The notes: generated by a model from the sequence alone, not told the origin. Counted from the first letter of the stretch, positions 20,713 through 30,787 are shown. The stretch: DNA of 64,000 bases from Patescibacteria group bacterium (GCA_041675145.1 JBAYUK010000002.1:280530-344529), one strand, 5' to 3'. Translations and numbers: made by a program.

Positions 20713-22425
20713 ATGGCCGACTTCCAAAAGATCAAAAACTTTATTTCAAAGAAACGCTTCATAATCCTTGCGGTGATTGTAGTAGTAGGAGGCTTTTTGT
20801 TTAACAAAAGTAGACAAGTTCCGCAATATGAGCTGTTTACGGTAAGCCGCGAACAGAGCCTAACTCAGGAAGTGGCATCGACGGGTCGCGTTCAAGCTGC
20901 CAATAGCGTGGACCTCGCATTTGAGACGAGTGGAAGAGTAGAGAAACTTAACTTTAAAGTAGGCCAGAAAGTTACTGCCGGTAAGACTCTGGCTACGTTA
21001 TCGAGTGCAGACCTCTCGGCGCAGTTATCTCAGTCTCAGTCGAGCGTAGAGAGTGCACAGGCTGCGCTTCAAATACAGCAAGCAAAACTTGCTGAAGTAA
21101 AAAATGGTTCAAGACCAGAAGATATTACTATTGCCCAAACAAAGCTTAGTAACGCTCAAAAGTCATACGAGGATGCGCAGCAAAATGCTACTTCAGTGCA
21201 GAATAAAGCAGATCTCGACTTGGATAATCTCTATACAGGTATTCCATCTATCGCTCAAGACGCGTATGCAAAAGCAGACGATGCGTTAAATAAACAAATA
21301 GATGAAATTTTTTCAGACGATACCACAACGAACCCGCAGCTTACGATTCTCGTTGTAAGTGCACAGGCAAAATATAATGCAGAGTCAGGAAGAGTTATAG
21401 CGCAGAATGCATTTGTGGATCTAAAAAGGGAAGTGGATACGCTTCCAATAAAACGCGAGGATCAGGAAGCAGCACTCCTGCGAATCGCCGGAAAGTTAAA
21501 GGTTATCCGTGACTTCATGACTTCGGTAGGAGAAGCAGTAAATGTGGCGGTAGGTTTAACATCTACTACACAAAATATATACCGAGCAAATGTTGGTACT
21601 GCGCGCTCACAAAGTGTTGCAGCACTATCTGCCGTTGAAGGAAGAAGCCAGGCTATTGCAAATCAAAAAGTAACCAATATAAACGCTATTACTGCTGCAC
21701 GAACTGCATTGAATACTGCGCAGAGCACTGTAACGCTTGCTCAAAATGAACTCTCTCTTAAACAGGCAGGGTCACTGCCTGAGCAAGTTAAAGCTCAGGA
21801 AGGGTATGTAGCTCAAGCTGCAGCTCAGGTGCGTCTCGCACAAGCGAATGTGCGTAGTATCCAGGCGAACATTGCCAAGGCAAGTATTGTCTCTCCCGTA
21901 GACGGTATTGTATCTGCTCAGGATATTAAAGTGGGTGAGATTGCTTCAGCGTATAAGAACGTTATCTCTATTGTAACGGTTGCTCAATTTGAAATTGAAT
22001 CTAATATTCCTGAGGTAGATATTGCACAGGTGCATATTGGACAGACTGCTACCGTGACGTTGGATGCCTATGGCAATAACACTTTGTTCGATGCTACTAT
22101 TACCGGGATAGACCCTGCAGAGACAGTAGTAAATAACGTTACAACCTATAAGGTAACGTTCCATTTTAATAAAGAAGATGAACGCATCAAGCCTGGTATG
22201 ACCGCTAATATTTCTATCCTTGCAGACAAGCACGATAAAGCGTTGGCAATCCCTGTGCGTGCTATCACAAAAAAAGGCTCACAAGGGGTAGTGCGAGTAC
22301 TCATGCCAGATAATAAAGTAGAGGAGAGACTAGTAATTACCGGTCTTCAAGCAACCAACGGACTTGTTGAGGTAGTGGCAGGTGTTGAGGAGGGGGAGAA
22401 GGTAATCCTCGGTGACCAAAAGTAG
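20713..22425 (+). CDS. HlyD/MacA-family periplasmic efflux adaptor (membrane fusion protein).
   Basis: N-terminal TM, biotinyl/lipoyl-like segment, very long coiled coils, and a C-terminal beta-barrel and MP domain pattern. Confidence 0.6.
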   Translation: MADFQKIKNFISKKRFIILAVIVVVGGFLFNKSRQVPQYELFTVSREQSLTQEVASTGRVQAANSVDLAFETSGRVEKLNFKVGQKVTAGKTLATLSSADLSAQLSQSQSSVESAQAALQIQQAKLAEVKNGSRPEDITIAQTKLSNAQKSYEDAQQNATSVQNKADLDLDNLYTGIPSIAQDAYAKADDALNKQIDEIFSDDTTTNPQLTILVVSAQAKYNAESGRVIAQNAFVDLKREVDTLPIKREDQEAALLRIAGKLKVIRDFMTSVGEAVNVAVGLTSTTQNIYRANVGTARSQSVAALSAVEGRSQAIANQKVTNINAITAARTALNTAQSTVTLAQNELSLKQAGSLPEQVKAQEGYVAQAAAQVRLAQANVRSIQANIAKASIVSPVDGIVSAQDIKVGEIASAYKNVISIVTVAQFEIESNIPEVDIAQVHIGQTATVTLDAYGNNTLFDATITGIDPAETVVNNVTTYKVTFHFNKEDERIKPGMTANISILADKHDKALAIPVRAITKKGSQGVVRVLMPDNKVEERLVITGLQATNGLVEVVAGVEEGEKVILGDQK

Positions 22426-22431
22426 CACCTG

Positions 22432-22440
22432 TGGTATAAT
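22432..22440 (+). promoter_or_regulatory. Extended -10 promoter (TGGTATAAT) for tRNA-Leu.
   Basis: TGGTATAAT lies 14 nt upstream of the tRNA 5' end. Confidence 0.5.
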
Positions 22441-22454
22441 TTGTTTTACAACCT

Positions 22455-22537
22455 GGCCGGGTGGCGGAATTGGTAGACGCGCACGACTCAAAATCGTGTG
22501 GGGCAACTCATGCGGGTTCGATTCCCGCCCCGGCCAT
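22455..22537 (+). tRNA. tRNA-Leu (anticodon CAA), class II with long variable arm. CCA is not encoded.
   Basis: 7-bp acceptor stem GGCCGGG/CCCGGCC, D-arm GGCGGAATTGGTAGACGC, anticodon loop CTCAAAA, long variable arm, and T-arm GCGGGTTCGATTCCCGC. Confidence 0.85.
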
Positions 22538-22567
22538 TAGGAAATAACTTCGATAGCAACAACAGAC

Positions 22568-23350
22568 ATGCCAGATATAGACCCAATAAAAACACAGGAA
22601 GAGGTAAGCACTACTAAGCCATACGCACGTCCTCCATTGCTACCGCACTGGATCCGTCGCGAGATGGCTATTTTTGGTGGTATGTTCATAGAGAGCGCGA
22701 AGTTCATCTTCGTGAGTCTTGCAGTGTTTATTACGATCTACGGTATCATTAACGGTCCAGCGGTCTGGAACAATGTTCGTTGGTGGTGGTATGTAAACTA
22801 TGCCAAAGACCATACCGGTAGTTGGTGGGGGATTAAGCTTCCTACTGTTGGCGAGAGTGCAGAACCAAACCACACGCTCTTTATTCCAAAGATTGGCGTA
22901 GAAGCACCGGTAGTATATGCAGAGACCAAGATTACTTCAGAAATAGACCAACTTCTTCTTAAAGGAGTAGTGCACTATGCAGATACAGCCTACCCTGGTC
23001 AGCGCGGTAATGTGTTTATTACCGGGCACTCTTCATTTTACTGGTGGAGTAAGGGTGAATATAACAATGTCTTTAGTATCTTAGATAAGCTGGTAGTTGG
23101 GGACGTTGCATATATTAACTTCAACAATGTACGCTACACATATAAGGTAGAGGACATAAAAGTGGTATCACCAAAAGAAATATCAGTCCTCGAACAAGGT
23201 GATGACTCAATCCTAACGCTTATGACATGTACGCCAGTTGGTACTAACTACCGTCGTTTAATAGTTCGTTTCAAACAGACGAGTCCTGACCCAAAAAACA
23301 ATACGGGGCGTAAAACGCCACCGCAACTGCCAAAGACACCGATAAACTAA
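22568..23350 (+). CDS. Sortase-family transpeptidase.
   Basis: N-terminal TM anchor, His motif (VFITGHSS), catalytic TLxTC motif (LTLMTCTP) and a downstream Arg. Confidence 0.65.
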   Translation: MPDIDPIKTQEEVSTTKPYARPPLLPHWIRREMAIFGGMFIESAKFIFVSLAVFITIYGIINGPAVWNNVRWWWYVNYAKDHTGSWWGIKLPTVGESAEPNHTLFIPKIGVEAPVVYAETKITSEIDQLLLKGVVHYADTAYPGQRGNVFITGHSSFYWWSKGEYNNVFSILDKLVVGDVAYINFNNVRYTYKVEDIKVVSPKEISVLEQGDDSILTLMTCTPVGTNYRRLIVRFKQTSPDPKNNTGRKTPPQLPKTPIN

Positions 23351-23357
23351 AGTCTTA

Positions 23358-24755
23358 CTAGGGGAGTAGTGTGAATCTTTCAACTACCGTCTTTCCTTTT
23401 GTGTTTGAGATAGTAACAACGGTGTTGTCATCGGCTATGAAGAACCCAGAGAGATCATCGAAGTTTGCAATAACGGTATCATTGGTACCGTTATTTTTTA
23501 TCATTTTAAGTTGGTTGTTACGATTACGATACACAATATACGGAGTTCCATCGTACATCTCAGGGTTTTGTATTGCCTGGTTAAAATGAGTAAGTAGTTT
23601 CTTTTCTTTTTTATCAAAACTGTACTGCCACAATTCACCTGATGCTTCCTTAAAATAGTAGAGAGCGTTGTACTTAGCAGAGTAGGTAACGGTTGTCACA
23701 TCGGTATCTACACTATAGGCGCGAGTTGGGTTAAGATCTGTTACGAGGTTGCCTGCTGCAATATACGCACTATTGTTCTTATCAAAGTACTGTAGAGATA
23801 GATTAGTGGGTGGATAGATGCTTGCATCTGTTACTACCTGTGTGTTGTCGGAATCAAAAGAAAGTTTCTTGTAGGTTTTTGTATTTTCCACGAAGTATGA
23901 AATGCCTGAGTCGTCTTGTGAGTACCAGGTAATATTCTGATCTACTGGTGTGGTGGTACGGTTTGCGGTATCTAGTTTGAAAAGAGTATCAGATGTTCCA
24001 GTGTGGGAAATAGCGTAGATCATGTTGTTGTTACTGTGGGTGAAGAATACTTTTTCAATAGTTGGGAAGAATGAAAAATCATTCTTAATTGAACGAACGG
24101 TTGGCGTGTTGTCGGTTGAGATAACGAGTACATCACGACTTGGCGTAGCGTCTACCACAAGAGCTAGCGTACGATCATCTTCGTTCCATGTGAGTTCGTG
24201 GATAATCACACCTGGCTTAATAGGGAGGGTAATAACCTGTTGACCTTTTGAGTTGAAGTCAAAGACGACGAGTTCTGTTTGAGACCTGACATAGGCCATC
24301 TTTCTTTTGCTCGGTGAGACAGCGTAGTTAATAATTGAATCCTCTAATATTCTCTCAGGCTCTAGCTTTTGAGAGATAAAGACAATAGGTTCCACTTTGG
24401 TTATGAGTTCTGGCTGAATGGTAACTTCCTCTGAATAGGGTAGGAAACCGTTTTTAACAATAGTAAGGTGGTACTGGCCTGGGATAAGCACGAGACTTGC
24501 AGAACTTGGGATAAAGTTCGGTAGGTTGCTGGTTTTTACGTCAGCTACCTTGCCATCAATTAAAACCTGCGCATCAGTAGTGTAGTTATTGATGACCAAA
24601 AGGCCAGTCTTTTTAAGGGTTCTTGTCTTTACATCGAGGCGGTAGCCTGAAGCATAGTAAATAAGACTGACAGCAATCAGACAGAAGACGATAAACAGTA
24701 TGATGTAGAGGATAGCTCGCAGTATTTTACGAGCCAGGCTAACGGGTTTTTTCAT
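23358..24755 (-). CDS. Membrane-anchored hypothetical protein with a PEGA-like domain followed by a probable beta-propeller.
   Basis: N-terminal TM. A PEGA-like segment (VLIDGKV...PGQYHLTIVKNGFLPYSEEV) precedes repetitive beta-strand-rich sequence. Confidence 0.35.
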   Translation of the reverse strand: MKKPVSLARKILRAILYIILFIVFCLIAVSLIYYASGYRLDVKTRTLKKTGLLVINNYTTDAQVLIDGKVADVKTSNLPNFIPSSASLVLIPGQYHLTIVKNGFLPYSEEVTIQPELITKVEPIVFISQKLEPERILEDSIINYAVSPSKRKMAYVRSQTELVVFDFNSKGQQVITLPIKPGVIIHELTWNEDDRTLALVVDATPSRDVLVISTDNTPTVRSIKNDFSFFPTIEKVFFTHSNNNMIYAISHTGTSDTLFKLDTANRTTTPVDQNITWYSQDDSGISYFVENTKTYKKLSFDSDNTQVVTDASIYPPTNLSLQYFDKNNSAYIAAGNLVTDLNPTRAYSVDTDVTTVTYSAKYNALYYFKEASGELWQYSFDKKEKKLLTHFNQAIQNPEMYDGTPYIVYRNRNNQLKMIKNNGTNDTVIANFDDLSGFFIADDNTVVTISNTKGKTVVERFTLLP

Positions 24756-24819
24756 TGATATATATTATATCATAGAGTCTCTTTGCGACCAACTCACAGA
24801 TAGGGTATACTCATACTAT

Positions 24820-25965
24820 ATGGAGAAAAGACCAGTTATAGGCTATGACGCGAGCCGGATATCTATAAAAATGAAAACAGGAGTAGAGTTTTATGCTACT
24901 CAGCTTTTTCGTGGCTTACAAAAGGTAGATACTGAGCACGACTACTTAGTATATACACCGAGTGCTTCCGATCCTGAGTTTTCAAACCTTGCGCCTCATT
25001 GGAAGTTGCGTGTTATTCCTATGAAGTATTTATGGTCTCAGATTCGTCTAGCGCTGCAGCTAACTCGTGATAAGCCAGACTTTCTGTTTGTCCCAGCAGC
25101 GGCAATGCCGTTTTTAACCACTACTCCAGTAGTAACTGCAATTCATGACGTAGCGTTCTGGCACTTTCCAGAAAGCTACTCACCGTTTTCTCGCTGGTAT
25201 TTAGACATTGCTACTCGAGTGGCAGTAAAACGAGCGATACATATTGTAACTATTTCGCACTCAACAAAGCACGACTTAATTCGTCTCTACGACGCTGATC
25301 CAGAAAAGATTTCTGTTATCTATTTGGGATTTGAAACGGGTATTGAAAAAAAGTTTCTGGATAATCGTACGTGGAGCAATATCTCAGAGAAGTTTGGTAT
25401 TACCAAGCCGTACTTTGTGACAGTCGGACGAGTAGAGCGCAAAAAAAATGTAGCACAACTGGTCAAAGCTTTTTACCAGGTATTATCTGCCGGGCATGAT
25501 ATGCAGTTGGTGATAGCTGGTAAGTCGGGACATGGGTATGAGGAAATAAAAGCAATTATAGATCACTACAATATTGCAGATCGTGTGGTAGTAACTGGGT
25601 ATGTTACTGAAGAAGAGAAGAGATATCTCATGCACTACGCCAAAGCATTTGTTTTTGTGCCAATAGCCGAAGGATTTGGTATTCCAATCTTAGAAGCCTT
25701 TGCGGCAGGACTGCCAGTAGTAGCCAGTGACATTCCTGTTTTCCGTGAGTTATATGAAGGGGGAGTATTCTTTGCGAAGCCGCGGGATACTGAAATGATT
25801 GCGCAACAAATGATGCTGGTCATAGACCGCCCAGAGCGCAACCGCGAGATGCAACTGCGCCGTCGTGAAATTATGCAGATGTTCACCTGGGATCAATGTA
25901 CACGGGGAACATACGACCTCTTCAAAGAAGTAATTACAGCACTCAAAGAAAGACACCAGCCCTAG
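24820..25965 (+). CDS. Glycosyltransferase family 4 (GT-B, group 1).
   Basis: EGFGIPILEAFAAGLPVVASD motif of GT4 retaining glycosyltransferases. Confidence 0.75.
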   Translation: MEKRPVIGYDASRISIKMKTGVEFYATQLFRGLQKVDTEHDYLVYTPSASDPEFSNLAPHWKLRVIPMKYLWSQIRLALQLTRDKPDFLFVPAAAMPFLTTTPVVTAIHDVAFWHFPESYSPFSRWYLDIATRVAVKRAIHIVTISHSTKHDLIRLYDADPEKISVIYLGFETGIEKKFLDNRTWSNISEKFGITKPYFVTVGRVERKKNVAQLVKAFYQVLSAGHDMQLVIAGKSGHGYEEIKAIIDHYNIADRVVVTGYVTEEEKRYLMHYAKAFVFVPIAEGFGIPILEAFAAGLPVVASDIPVFRELYEGGVFFAKPRDTEMIAQQMMLVIDRPERNREMQLRRREIMQMFTWDQCTRGTYDLFKEVITALKERHQP

Positions 25966-25974
25966 GGCTGGTGT
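25952..25974. terminator. Perfect palindromic hairpin overlapping the convergent stop codons of the GT4 and DedA genes. Likely a bidirectional terminator.
   Basis: ACACCAGCC-CTA-GGGCTGGTGT, a 10-bp stem. Confidence 0.45.
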
Positions 25975-26624
25975 CTTGTTGTGTACTTGTTCTTTTCTGC
26001 GCGCCTTAAGAGCCTCTTTTCTTTTTTGTGCGCTAGGTATCGTGTAGTGTGGTTGATGATACTCGGAATAAAGGAAATAAAGAGAATACCGATAACAATT
26101 AAGAAGAGGTACTTCTCGATAGTGTCAGTTGAAAGCTGGCTCCCAAAGAAGTATCCAAGAAGAGTAAAAATAGTTACCCAAATGAAGGCCCCGATTCCGG
26201 CAAAAAGAACAAACGGCAGGCGTTTCATTTTAGTTGACCCAGCAATAAAGGGACCAAAGGTACCAAGACCCGGGATAAAGCGAGAGAACAACATAACGCG
26301 TGGTCCGAACTTTTCGAAGAAGTCTTGAATAGAGCGTAGTTGTTTCTGATTTAAGAACAACAAGCGGTGACGAGTTAAAAACCGATGACCATAGCGGCTC
26401 CCAAATTCGTACCCGAGGTTATCTCCCACCATTGCACCTACACCCATAACCACAATCAAAATTGAGAGAGTAAAAAAATGCTGAGAGGCCAGAAGCCCTG
26501 CCGTAAAGAGGAGAGTATCTCCCGGTATTAAAAAACCGGCAAAAAGACCAGATCCTGCAAAGATAGCAGCAAAAAGTCCGATGTACCTTAGGGATACAAT
26601 GAGACCAAGTAAATCGAATGTCAT
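25962..26624 (-). CDS. DedA/SNARE-associated (TVP38/TMEM64) family membrane protein.
   Basis: The start is chosen at the internal ATG at 26624. The conserved DedA motif is F..RFIPG.GTF.P..AG, seen as FSRFIPGLGTFGPFIAGST. Confidence 0.7.
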   Translation of the reverse strand: MTFDLLGLIVSLRYIGLFAAIFAGSGLFAGFLIPGDTLLFTAGLLASQHFFTLSILIVVMGVGAMVGDNLGYEFGSRYGHRFLTRHRLLFLNQKQLRSIQDFFEKFGPRVMLFSRFIPGLGTFGPFIAGSTKMKRLPFVLFAGIGAFIWVTIFTLLGYFFGSQLSTDTIEKYLFLIVIGILFISFIPSIINHTTRYLAHKKEKRLLRRAEKNKYTTRHQP

Positions 26625-26830
26625 ATAGCTATAATAAGTCTTTGTTTCGAAATAACAAGTATAAGATATGCACATATTTGATTTTTCTTTTAATCTATGC
26701 TATTTTTTAAGTAAACCTCTTGACAGGTATCGATCTTTAAAAACTGCACAGTACATCTTGTTTCAAGGCATCGAGAAAGTGAGACGATGCTTTTAAAGAA
26801 GAACTCAAAAAAGGAAAAAGGAGGTGGGAT

Positions 26831-28816
26831 ATGACCCACTTGCAAACAAATATCACACGAGTCGTATTTTTACTCGTGCTCTTGTGTTCTGTAAAGCCAG
26901 CGCACGCGCTCAACTGTAACCTGGACGGAGTAGGGGGGTCTCTCCCTACTGTCTCGGATTCAGAACAGCTACTTTCCTGGATTATGGACAACTCCTGGAC
27001 TCAGTGTCTCTCTGGAAAATGCAACTTTGACCAGAGGGTCGGAGGAGACCTTGCAGACGTAGGGGATGTTTCAAGGCTAGTAGAGATTGCTGCTTCAGGG
27101 TCAGATCCAAATGGTATCTGTATCCAGCCGGTAGTAAACCAACCACCGGTAGTTTCATCTCTTACCTTCAGCCAGAACCTGGTGAACGAAAACGCCAGGA
27201 ACTTTTCAGCACAAGCCTCAGACCCAGAGGGGACCGTGGTGTCCTGCGAGCTAACCTGCTATGCAGGAGCACCCACGTTTACCAACTTGGACTGCGAAAT
27301 TGGAGCAACCTGCACCTATCCAGGTACGGGGAGTTACATTTCAACACTCTCTGCTAAAGACCGAGATGGTGTCGTAAGTTCTGTGGTAACAGCAAGTGTT
27401 ACCTTGTCTCAGTTCACCAACCATCCGCCGACTCTTACCGGTTCAATTTGCACTGCCACTAGTGGTGATGCGGTTTTCCAAACCCAGTGTTATGCGACGG
27501 GGCAAGCAGACTCGGATGGTGACGTAGTTACCTGTACGACATCGTGCGGGAACGGAGATACGCCAACGCAAAACGTTTCTTGCTCACAACCTGTGGCATG
27601 CACCTATCTAGATGCCGGCACCTACACTGTCACTACTACTCCTTACGACAGCCACGGGCAAGTAGGACAAAGTAGAACAACTTCAGTTACCGTAAACTCT
27701 GGGACAAACAACCAGTTTTGCGGTAATAGCACTACAGACTCAGGGGAAACCTGTGACGACGGCAACGCCATCACTGAGTCTTGCACCTATGGCCTGACTT
27801 CATGTTCGGTGTGCAACGCAACCTGCCAACAAGTAGCAGGAAACACCGCGTATTGCAGTAACCACATCGTGGACGCACAAGAACAATGCGATGATGGCAA
27901 CGCACTGAGCAATGACGGGTGTTCTAACACCTGCCAAAACGAGATTCCATCGTATACCACACCGTCCTTTACTTTGAAGTTTGGTGGAGGAATCCTCAAC
28001 AACCCCAGAGACCTGGATATTGATCCGGCAACTGGCAATGTTGCGGTGCCTGACTCAAACAACCACCGTGTTGTGTTCTTTAACCCGAATACCGGCGCGG
28101 TAGTTTCAACACTAGGACCATCTATCCCAGGAACCAACAGCCTTGTGTTTCCAGAATCCATCTGTTTCAGCCCCGTCTCTTCTAGGTTTGCAATTGTAGA
28201 CCAAGGAAACTCACGGGTAGTAGTGATGAGTTCTTCAATACAGCTCTCACATATCGTTGGAAGTTTTGGACAAGGCGATGGCGAATTCGACCAGCCGGAA
28301 GGCTGTGTGTTTGATAGGAACGAGAACTTGTATATTGTGGATGACACAGATAGGGTCGACGAAGTCGTTAATCATAGAGTTGAAAAGTTCAACCCTATCG
28401 GGGTGTACCAAAACTCATGGGGAAGACGCGGAGTCCAGCCTGGAGAGTTTAGGGGTCCAAGAGGTATTGCAGTAGATGCCGAAGGGCTGTTATACGTTAC
28501 GGACTTAGAAAACAACAGGATTCAGAAGTTTACTCAAGATGGCACTTCGGTGCGATTTTGGGATGGAACTTTCTTTCTTCCGGTGAATCAACCAGCCTAT
28601 GTTGCGGTTGATGCGAATGATCGCATTTACGCAGTGGAGTTTGGTTTAAGCCAGATTCGTTCTTGGACGCAGTCAGGAGTTGACGCCCACACGATTGGAT
28701 CCATAGGAGATGGAGATGGTCAGTTCCATGACACAGTTGGAATAGGGGTTACGCCAAATGGAGTAATCTTTACTTCTGACTTCACAAGAGACGACATCCA
28801 AAAATTCAGTCCCTAG
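26831..28816 (+). CDS. Secreted protein with cysteine-rich CxxCxDGN-type repeats and a C-terminal NHL-repeat beta-propeller.
   Basis: Signal peptide. Repeated C..C(D/N)DGN motifs are present. The C-terminal half has NHL-like repeats (NNHRVVFFNP, YVTDLENNRIQKF). Confidence 0.55.
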   Translation: MTHLQTNITRVVFLLVLLCSVKPAHALNCNLDGVGGSLPTVSDSEQLLSWIMDNSWTQCLSGKCNFDQRVGGDLADVGDVSRLVEIAASGSDPNGICIQPVVNQPPVVSSLTFSQNLVNENARNFSAQASDPEGTVVSCELTCYAGAPTFTNLDCEIGATCTYPGTGSYISTLSAKDRDGVVSSVVTASVTLSQFTNHPPTLTGSICTATSGDAVFQTQCYATGQADSDGDVVTCTTSCGNGDTPTQNVSCSQPVACTYLDAGTYTVTTTPYDSHGQVGQSRTTSVTVNSGTNNQFCGNSTTDSGETCDDGNAITESCTYGLTSCSVCNATCQQVAGNTAYCSNHIVDAQEQCDDGNALSNDGCSNTCQNEIPSYTTPSFTLKFGGGILNNPRDLDIDPATGNVAVPDSNNHRVVFFNPNTGAVVSTLGPSIPGTNSLVFPESICFSPVSSRFAIVDQGNSRVVVMSSSIQLSHIVGSFGQGDGEFDQPEGCVFDRNENLYIVDDTDRVDEVVNHRVEKFNPIGVYQNSWGRRGVQPGEFRGPRGIAVDAEGLLYVTDLENNRIQKFTQDGTSVRFWDGTFFLPVNQPAYVAVDANDRIYAVEFGLSQIRSWTQSGVDAHTIGSIGDGDGQFHDTVGIGVTPNGVIFTSDFTRDDIQKFSP

Positions 28817-28839
28817 AAAGGGGAGTAAATAACAAAAAA

Positions 28840-28876
28840 AGAACGGGCGGTCCATTTGGACCGCCCGCTTTTGTTT
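28840..28876. terminator. Bidirectional intrinsic terminator between the convergent NHL-repeat protein and PilX-like genes.
   Basis: ACGGGCGGTCC-ATTT-GGACCGCCCG hairpin flanked by A-run and T-run. Confidence 0.65.
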
Positions 28877-29839
28877 CTATTTCGTAAGTGCGCTTTCACT
28901 ATATATTACGTTGTCGAAGATGCTGATAATGTTTCCAGATGTGCGATCAAGTGTGGCTGTTATTTTCCTCGCAACACCACCGTAGTATCCAACAGACTCA
29001 ATGTTGGTAACAGGGGAGCCGAGAAGATTTGAAGTCGAGCTACTGCTGATATTTAGGTTTATAGACGGTACTGGTAATCCTGGGGTAACGTTCGGTGCTC
29101 CTTGATCTTCGTTTGTGCTTTTTACTACGTTCCAGGGCTTGATGCGAAATATCTTCTTACCCGATCCAACTTGGTTTTGTAGTAGTATTTTTTTTGAGTC
29201 TACCGTTCTAGTAAAGAATCTGCCGAGTGGAGGAGGAATAATACTGCCGTCACTGTTATATCCAATTATCTCAACCCTCATCCCTGTATTTGCAGGAGTA
29301 TTTAGTGAACTCCAATCAAGAGTTACGTCACTAGTCATATTCGGAACCTCAAGTTCATATACCTCATCTTTTTTTACAACTTGATTCGCAATTACTGGTT
29401 GTTTGTACCACATACGTACGCCGTAGTAGCGCGTATTGCTGTTACGGTTATTTGAGCAGGTTGTAGCTGGTATACGCTGACTGTTATCTAGGTTTACGCA
29501 TCGAGGTGTATTGTTTCTGTTTCCAGTGAATTGAGCTGCGGGTACTTCCGGTCCGATAACATTAGTACTATCTGCACTAGTATCTTTGTCGTTCTCATCA
29601 GATATCTCAGTAGGGGAGTTGCTACTAACTGCATCCCGCCATTCTAGTAGTGCATCTTCTAACCCTGCTTCAGCTGCATAGTAGGCTATCATACTGTTAT
29701 CTATACGAGTAGCGTTACGGATTTCATCTACCATCTCACGAGAAAAAGCCGTGACAGACACGAGCATGATAGCTGAGATGATGAGGGTGATAAGGAGTGC
29801 AACACCTCGTTCAGATTGTCTTGATGTTTGTTTTAACAT
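28877..29839 (-). CDS. PilX-like minor pilin/pseudopilin (type IV pilus-associated).
   Basis: The start is chosen at ATG 29839. The N-terminus MLKQTSRQSERGVALLITLIISAIMLVSVTAF...YYAAEAGLE matches the PilX N-terminal domain pattern (RG, a hydrophobic helix, then yyaAEAG). Confidence 0.5.
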   Translation of the reverse strand: MLKQTSRQSERGVALLITLIISAIMLVSVTAFSREMVDEIRNATRIDNSMIAYYAAEAGLEDALLEWRDAVSSNSPTEISDENDKDTSADSTNVIGPEVPAAQFTGNRNNTPRCVNLDNSQRIPATTCSNNRNSNTRYYGVRMWYKQPVIANQVVKKDEVYELEVPNMTSDVTLDWSSLNTPANTGMRVEIIGYNSDGSIIPPPLGRFFTRTVDSKKILLQNQVGSGKKIFRIKPWNVVKSTNEDQGAPNVTPGLPVPSINLNISSSSTSNLLGSPVTNIESVGYYGGVARKITATLDRTSGNIISIFDNVIYSESALTK

Positions 29840-29945
29840 ATTAAGATCATTGTAGCGGTTTGCACACAGAGAGGCAAGCACGCAAAAGAAACAAAAAAAC
29901 AACCCCATGACGATGGAGTTGTTTGAAGAGATTTTTCGTTTGAAA

Positions 29946-30611
29946 TCAGTTGAGAGGTTTGGTGTCGTGGCAGTTGCCACAATACGGCTTGCCCTCTGAA
30001 CTGTGATGGCGAATCTTGAGTTTAGTTTTGCAACCAGTGCATGGTGCGCGTTTTGCTTCATTTCCGTCGTAGCAAGGGCGGCATAGGTCTGCTTTTGTTC
30101 CTGGTCCTTTTTGTGATCTATACATTAGAAACGCAGACTCCTTACAGGAGACACATATGCCGTTGAAAAACTCCTTTTTGTTGACGAGGCATTTTGTGCA
30201 TACCTTCTTCTTCCCTGAATTCGTTTCAACTGTTCTTACCTGTGATATCGTGGAAAAATTTTTACACGAGATACACTGTACCAGGTTGGCTTTAGCGTAG
30301 CAGGTGAAGCAGGTCTTAAGCCTCCGCCCTTCTTTACTGATGCTGTAGCTGCCGACTGGGTTGTTGTTGCAAGCCTGGCAGAGTTGAGAGTAAGAGTGTG
30401 GTTCAGAAGGGAAGTGTTCCAGGCAGTAGAATCGCTTGTTTTTTGCCGAGTAAGAGATTGTTTCGCCGGTAGCAAAGCATCGGGAGCATCGCTTCTCCAC
30501 TTGAAGTAGCGCCATAGGTGGGAACACCTTGCGGCGAGGGTGGACTGGTTCCAAGATGACCACAGTTGGGTCGGTTGGTGGTGGTTCTGATATCCCTGTT
30601 AAAGTGCTCAC
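29946..30611 (-). CDS. Cysteine-rich protein with about ten CxxC pairs (multiple zinc-ribbon repeats), hypothetical.
   Basis: GTG start preceded by AAGGAG with 8-nt spacing. CxxC motifs recur regularly through the protein. Confidence 0.5.
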   Translation of the reverse strand: MSTLTGISEPPPTDPTVVILEPVHPRRKVFPPMALLQVEKRCSRCFATGETISYSAKNKRFYCLEHFPSEPHSYSQLCQACNNNPVGSYSISKEGRRLKTCFTCYAKANLVQCISCKNFSTISQVRTVETNSGKKKVCTKCLVNKKEFFNGICVSCKESAFLMYRSQKGPGTKADLCRPCYDGNEAKRAPCTGCKTKLKIRHHSSEGKPYCGNCHDTKPLN

Positions 30612-30787
30612 TGTTCACGCTCCTTGTGTATTTTTTGGAAAGTTTATTGTAAACCAAAATAATACTTTATTCAATAGTAAATAACTTCTATATAAGCATA
30701 AGTGAGCTGTTTGCTGATATAGGATGTTTGAATAGATGTAAAGTAATTACCTACTTACTAATAACATTTCCACTGGGTAGTTTATTT

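Noticed and set aside
28877-30061. Long form of the PilX-like ORF starting at 30061.
   Set aside because: The extra 74 residues overlap the well-supported Cys-rich gene (strong SD) in another frame. The PilX_N signature begins right after the internal Met at 29839. This is kept as an alternative only.
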